Positions 59,412 to 64,000 of a stretch of DNA of 64,000 bases are shown here, one piece after another. The notes beneath the pieces were generated by a model, which saw nothing but the letters and a program-made list of their open reading frames with translations, had not been told where the DNA came from and made no database searches. Made by a program: the position numbers and the translations under genes. The stretch spans positions 1-64,000 of the forward strand of contig JAXLNO010001170.1 in NCBI GenBank assembly GCA_038087875.1, read 5' to 3'. This DNA is from Malacoraja senta. Its lineage: Eukaryota. The first letter of the stretch is position 1. Each line of letters begins with the position of its first letter.

Positions 59412-59814
59412 GCTCGCTGGTCATGTGGAAGTAAGCAGATATATCAGTTTCCTGGCATCCAAAGAAGTCGTGATTTAAACCTTCTTGTACGAGAGGAACC
59501 ACGATTCTCCGAACGTTCTTTAAAATCTGAAATTGTTAAATCCTACACAAGAAACAAAAGCTCAAAGCTTTTTCAAGAAACCACCAGTTTCAAGAATAGT
59601 TTCTTCTTCACTGCTATAAATGTCATTAATATACCTCTCTCACTTGGCAAGAATTTATTTTCGATCTTCCGACCTATCTCGTTCGGCCCTTTCATTGCTC
59701 TCTGCGTTTCACACTATATTCTTCACTCTGTTTCCTTTGCCTTTTTCAACTACACGCAACTGTACTATCATATCACCAACTAGAGAGCGGCCCTGAGCTG
59801 CCAGTAACCTCGAA

Positions 59815-60540
59815 GGTAGACACAAAATGCTGGAGTAACTTAGCGGGTTAGGCTGCATCTCTGGAGAGAAGGAATGGGTGACGTTTCGGGTCGAGACCCT
59901 TCTTCAAACTGATGTCAGGGGGGTGGGCGGGACAGGCATAGAATGCAATGGAGATTGTAAGACTGGTGGAAGAACTGAGAAGGGGGAGGGAATAGAGACA
60001 GAGTGAAAGCAAGGGCTATTTGAAGTTAGAGAAGTCAATGTTCATATCGCTGGGGCCTAAGCTACCCAAGCGAAATATGAGGTGCTGTTCCTTCAATTTG
60101 CGCTGGACCTCACTCTGACAATGGAGGAGGCCCAGGACAGAAAGGTCAGATTGGGAATGGGCGGGGGAATTAAAGTGCTGAGCAACCGGGAGATCAGGTA
60201 GGTTGAGGCGGACTGAGCGAAGGTGTTCAGCGAAACGATCGCAAAGCCTGCGCATGGTCTCGCCGATTAACACCTGGAATAGCGGATGCAACAGAAGTGG
60301 TTGTAGGAGGTGGAAGTAAACCTCTGGCGCACCTGCAAGGACTGTCGGGGTCCTGGGATGCAGTCGAGGGGGGAGAGAGAAAGGAACAGGCGTTGCATCT
60401 CCTGCTGTTGCAGGGGAAAGTACCTGGGGAGGGGGTGGTTTGGGTGGGATGGGGCGAGTTGACCAGGGAGTTGCGGAGGGAACGGTCTCTGAGGAAAGCA
60501 GAAAAGGGTGGGGATGGGAAGATGTGGCCAGTAGTGCCAT
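59815..60540 (-). mobile_element. Penelope-like fragment (third paralog)
   Basis: ORF 60016-60540 contains IGETMRRLCDRFAEHLRSVR...KEQHLIFRLGSL. Confidence 0.8.
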
Positions 60541-61492
60541 TTACCTCGTTGGAGCCCCCTCGGATTATCTTTAATGGGACTTTTGCTGGGGGTTACATTG
60601 CATTAAACGTTATACCCTTCACCCTGCATCTGTACTCTGTACATTGCCAGCTCAATTGTAATCATGTATATTCTTTCCGCTGACTGGATAACAAGGGAAA
60701 ACACTCGCCACTGCAGCGAGGGACACGTGACATTAAATTGCACTAAACTAAGTATGGTTGTATAATATATGGCATGATTTGTTCAGCGGAGGACGCGAAA
60801 TCACGTTTCCCACCGTATCTCGTTACCGACGACTATAATAAACCAATAACAATACCAAATACAGTCAACATGTGCTTATTAGAGGTGTAGATCCCTATCA
60901 CAGGAAGGGACTTCCTTGTCTGATGCTTTACTTCCTTCTATAGGCGCAGATGGCATACTCGTGCTCCCTCTGGTGGCGACGTACGGTCAATGTTTTTTAT
61001 CCATGGGACCAATAGTTTTAACATCATAGATAAGGGAGTAATAAAGAACTGCTCTGGTCGGATTGTATAGTTTATGAGAGCCCAGGCTAAACTGCAACAG
61101 ATTAATGATTCTTAATCTTCTCAGAAGGAATACGGGTGGTATCCTTGATGTAAGAATGGAATTTGGTCTGAAAAAAGTTGAAATGGTCCCTTTGGCCCAC
61201 ATTTTCCGTGCAGAATATGTTAAACTAGACTCTGGACCTGCACGTGGTCCATGTCGCTCTATTCCCTGCATATCAATGTGCGTCTATTCAAGCATCTAAA
61301 CGCTACTATTATATCTGCTTCCACCACCACCCCTGGCACCACAGGCACCCATCTTTTGTGTAAAAAGCTTGCCACGCACATTTTCGTCATCGGCCCACTC
61401 ACCTTAAAGCTGAATGCATTCAAGCTTTTGATATTCCCACCCTGGGTAAAAGGGTTCTATCCGAGACGAGGTGGTACTGTCTGGCATTTCGT

Positions 61493-62403
61493 TTAGAACT
61501 GTGAAGATGATGTTAGGAGGTTGCAGCGTGACCTGGACAGGTTGAGTGAGTGGGCAGATGCGTGGCAGATGCAGTATAATATAGATAAATGTGAGGTTAT
61601 CCACTTTGGCGGCAAAAACAAGGGGGCAGATTATTATCTCAATGGGGTTAGGTTAGGTAAGGGGGAGGTACAGTGAAACCTGGATGTCCTTGTACACCGG
61701 TCACTAAAAGTTGGCGTGCAGGTACAGCAGGCATTGAAGAAAGCTAATGGAATGTTGGCCTTCATAACAAGAGGATTTCGGTATAGGAGTAAAGAGGTTC
61801 TTCTGCAGTTGTATAGGGCTCTGGTGAGACCACATCTGGAGTATTGTGTACAGTTTTGGTCTCCTAATTTGAGGAAGGACATCCTTGTGATTGAGGCAGT
61901 GCAGCGTAGGTTCACGAGATTGATCCCTGGGATGGCGGGACTGTCATATGAGGAAAGATTGAAAAGACGGCTTGTATCCACTGGAGTTTAGAAGGATGAG
62001 GGGGATCTTATAGAAACATATAAAATTATAAAAGGACTGGACAAGCTAGATGCAGGAAAAATGTTCCCAATGTTGGGCGAGTCCAGAAGCAGAGGCCACA
62101 GTCTCAGAATAAAGGGGAGGTCATTTAAGACTGAGGTGAGAAAAAACGTTTTCACCCAGAGAGTTGTGAATTTATGGAATTCCCTGCCACAGCGGGCAGT
62201 GGAGGCCAACCCACTGGAGGGATTTAATAGAGAGTTAGATAGAGCTCTTGGGGCAAGTGGGGTCAAGGGATATGGGGAGAAGGCAGGCACGGGCTATTGA
62301 TAGGGGACGATCAGCCATGATCACAATGAATGGCGGTGCTGGCTCGAAGGGCCGAATGGCCTCCTCCTGCACCTATTTTCTATGTTTCTATGTTTCTATG
62401 TTT
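61493..62403 (+). mobile_element. Degenerate CR1 fragment (third paralog)
   Basis: Same RT C-terminal motifs and tail as 4897-5808. Confidence 0.9.
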
Positions 62404-62787
62404 CAGTTTGGAGATACAGCGCGGAAACAGGCCCTTCGGCCTACTGAGTTCGCGGCGACCAGCGAACTCCGTTGACTAGCACTGTCCTAAACATGCTAGA
62501 GACAATTTACAATTGCACCGAGCCAATTGACCTACACACCTGTACGTCTTTGGAGTGTGGGAGAAAACCGGAAATCCAGGAGAAATTCCACTCAGGTCAC
62601 GGAGAAAACGTACAAATTCCGTGCAGACAAGCACCCTTATTCAGGATCGAACCCGGTTCTCTGGCGCTGTAAAGCAGCAACTGTACCGCAGCGCCACCGT
62701 TGCACCCTGATGGTGTGGGGATTTACGCACATATGTGGCTACATAGGTTTATTGCTCCTGTTCTTGTTTCAACGGCATCAGCAGATA

Positions 62788-62934
62788 CTGCCTGAGTCAC
62801 TGAGTTCTTTCGTGGGTGCCCATGTACCTTCTCGGACAGTTCCATTGACTATCACTGGAGTCCTTCTCGTCGACTCTGCCGTGCATCTCCGCGCCATAGG
62901 TCCGAGACCGAAGCAGCGGGTCCGAACAAAGACG
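62788..62934 (+). pseudogene. V-segment 3' relic (third paralog)
   Basis: SRTVPLTITGVLLVDSAVHLRAIGP; ACAAAGACG 62926-62934; no heptamer. Confidence 0.7.
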
Positions 62935-64000
62935 AACCCTGGCAGTTTAAGCGGGGGACCACCTGGGGAACCTGGGATCTCTTCTGAACATGCATCAAAT
63001 GTATTGCAAACAAGCTCCGTTCAAGCCAGTCCTCCAAAATCCTCCCGATGTTCACCAATTCTCCAATGGACGCGCGTACCCGCTTGCTTGCGGGCGTCTG
63101 CGTATGTACTTCGTCTGTGGGATTGCGACACAAAATAACGGAGATAAATAGAGTGAGGCATTGAGACGTACATGCGGACCTTAGGCCCAACAGATCCATG
63201 CCGATCTAGATGTATTCAAGGTGTTTAGGAAGGAACTGTAGATGCTGGAACAATCGAAAGTAGACAGAAATGTTGGAGAAACTCAGCGGGTGTGGCAGCA
63301 TCTATGGAGTGAAGGAATGGATGACGTTTCGAGTGGAGACCCTTCTTCAGACTGTCTGAAGAAGGAACTCGACCCGAAACGTCACCCATTCCTTCGCTCC
63401 ATAGATGCTGCCTCACCCGCTGAGTTTCTGCAGCATTTCTGTCTACCTAAGATGTATTCAAGAGTGAGTTCGATATAGCTCGTGGTGCTAACGGAGTCAA
63501 GGATATGGGGAGAAAGCAGGAATGGGATACAAATTTTTGAGGATCAGCCGTGATAATAATATATGGCGGTGCTTGTACGAAGGGCCGAATGGCCTAATAC
63601 TGCACCTATTTTCTATGTTTCCATGTTTCTATGCCTAATCGAAGGTACTCCCATGTTTCGCGTCTGGCGCATATCCTTCCAAATCTTTCCTACCCATGTA
63701 CGTATCCAAGCGTCTTTGAAATGCTGCTATAGTCCGTGCCCCATCTACCGTACCTCATGTGGAAGCTCGTGAAAACTTTTCCCCTCAGGTTGCTATTAAA
63801 TCCTGCCGCTCACATATTAAAACTATGTTCACTTGTTCTGGACTCCCGTACCCTTGCGAAAATATTGTGTGCATTCACCATATCCACTCCTCTCGTGATC
63901 TCTTATACACTTCTTTCAGATCACCCATCAGACTCTTGCGCTCCTGCAGATAAAATCATAACTTGCCCAACGTGTCCCGATACGTAAGGTCCTCGAGTTC

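Larger units (their letters stand above)
1..64000 (+). repeat. Higher-order segmental duplication array alpha-beta-beta-alpha-beta-alpha
   Basis: Units delimited by family A start codons at 28 (alpha), 13062 (beta), 22936 (beta), 34286 (alpha), 46766 (beta) and 56312 (alpha, partial). alpha = A-B-relic-C; beta = A-D-E-C. Confidence 0.9.

Noticed and set aside
59336-59783. C-terminal extension of B3 (259-aa ORF) as a non-rearranging receptor
   Set aside because: The extension is read-through of the RSS and flank; paralogs stop at different points and no transmembrane or constant region is present.
1-64000. D, J or constant exons, NAR-TCR V domains, IgH-like or TAILV segments
   Set aside because: I found no 12-RSS, FGxG J motif, C-domain exon or WVRQ/YYCAR-type V. 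All V genes have their own leader and TCR-like features.

Overview
Vertebrate genomic DNA. The SINE, CR1 and Penelope repeat types point to an elasmobranch, probably a skate or ray (inference). The window is part of a T-cell receptor V-segment array, most like TCR alpha/delta V (TRAV/TRDV); alpha versus delta cannot be decided here. I find 20 plus-strand V genes in five families (my labels: A x6, B x3, C x5, D x3, E x3). Each is built as leader exon, GT-AG intron, ~307-nt V exon and a 23-bp-spacer RSS (heptamer CACACTG, nonamer ACAAAAAC[C/T/G]). Thirteen look intact and seven are defective. There are also 3 V relics, 3 orphan RSSs and 2 orphan leaders. I found no D, J or C segments. The genes lie in two cassettes, alpha = A-B-relic-C and beta = A-D-E-C, in the order alpha-beta-beta-alpha-beta-alpha(partial), interspersed with tRNA-derived SINEs, CR1 and Rex/Babar LINE fragments, Penelope fragments, a MITE, microsatellites and one N gap. 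Main findings: (1) every RSS in all five families is followed 23-26 nt after the nonamer by a same-orientation CTCF-type motif, forming an RSS-CBE module like that of mouse proximal VH genes, with one reverse motif per alpha cassette and orphan RSS-CBE modules lacking a V; (2) family C V exons use two unrelated promoter/leader exons, linked by a 1.77-kb GATATT-microhomology rearrangement; (3) Penelope-derived hammerhead-ribozyme-like cores sit in long hairpins.
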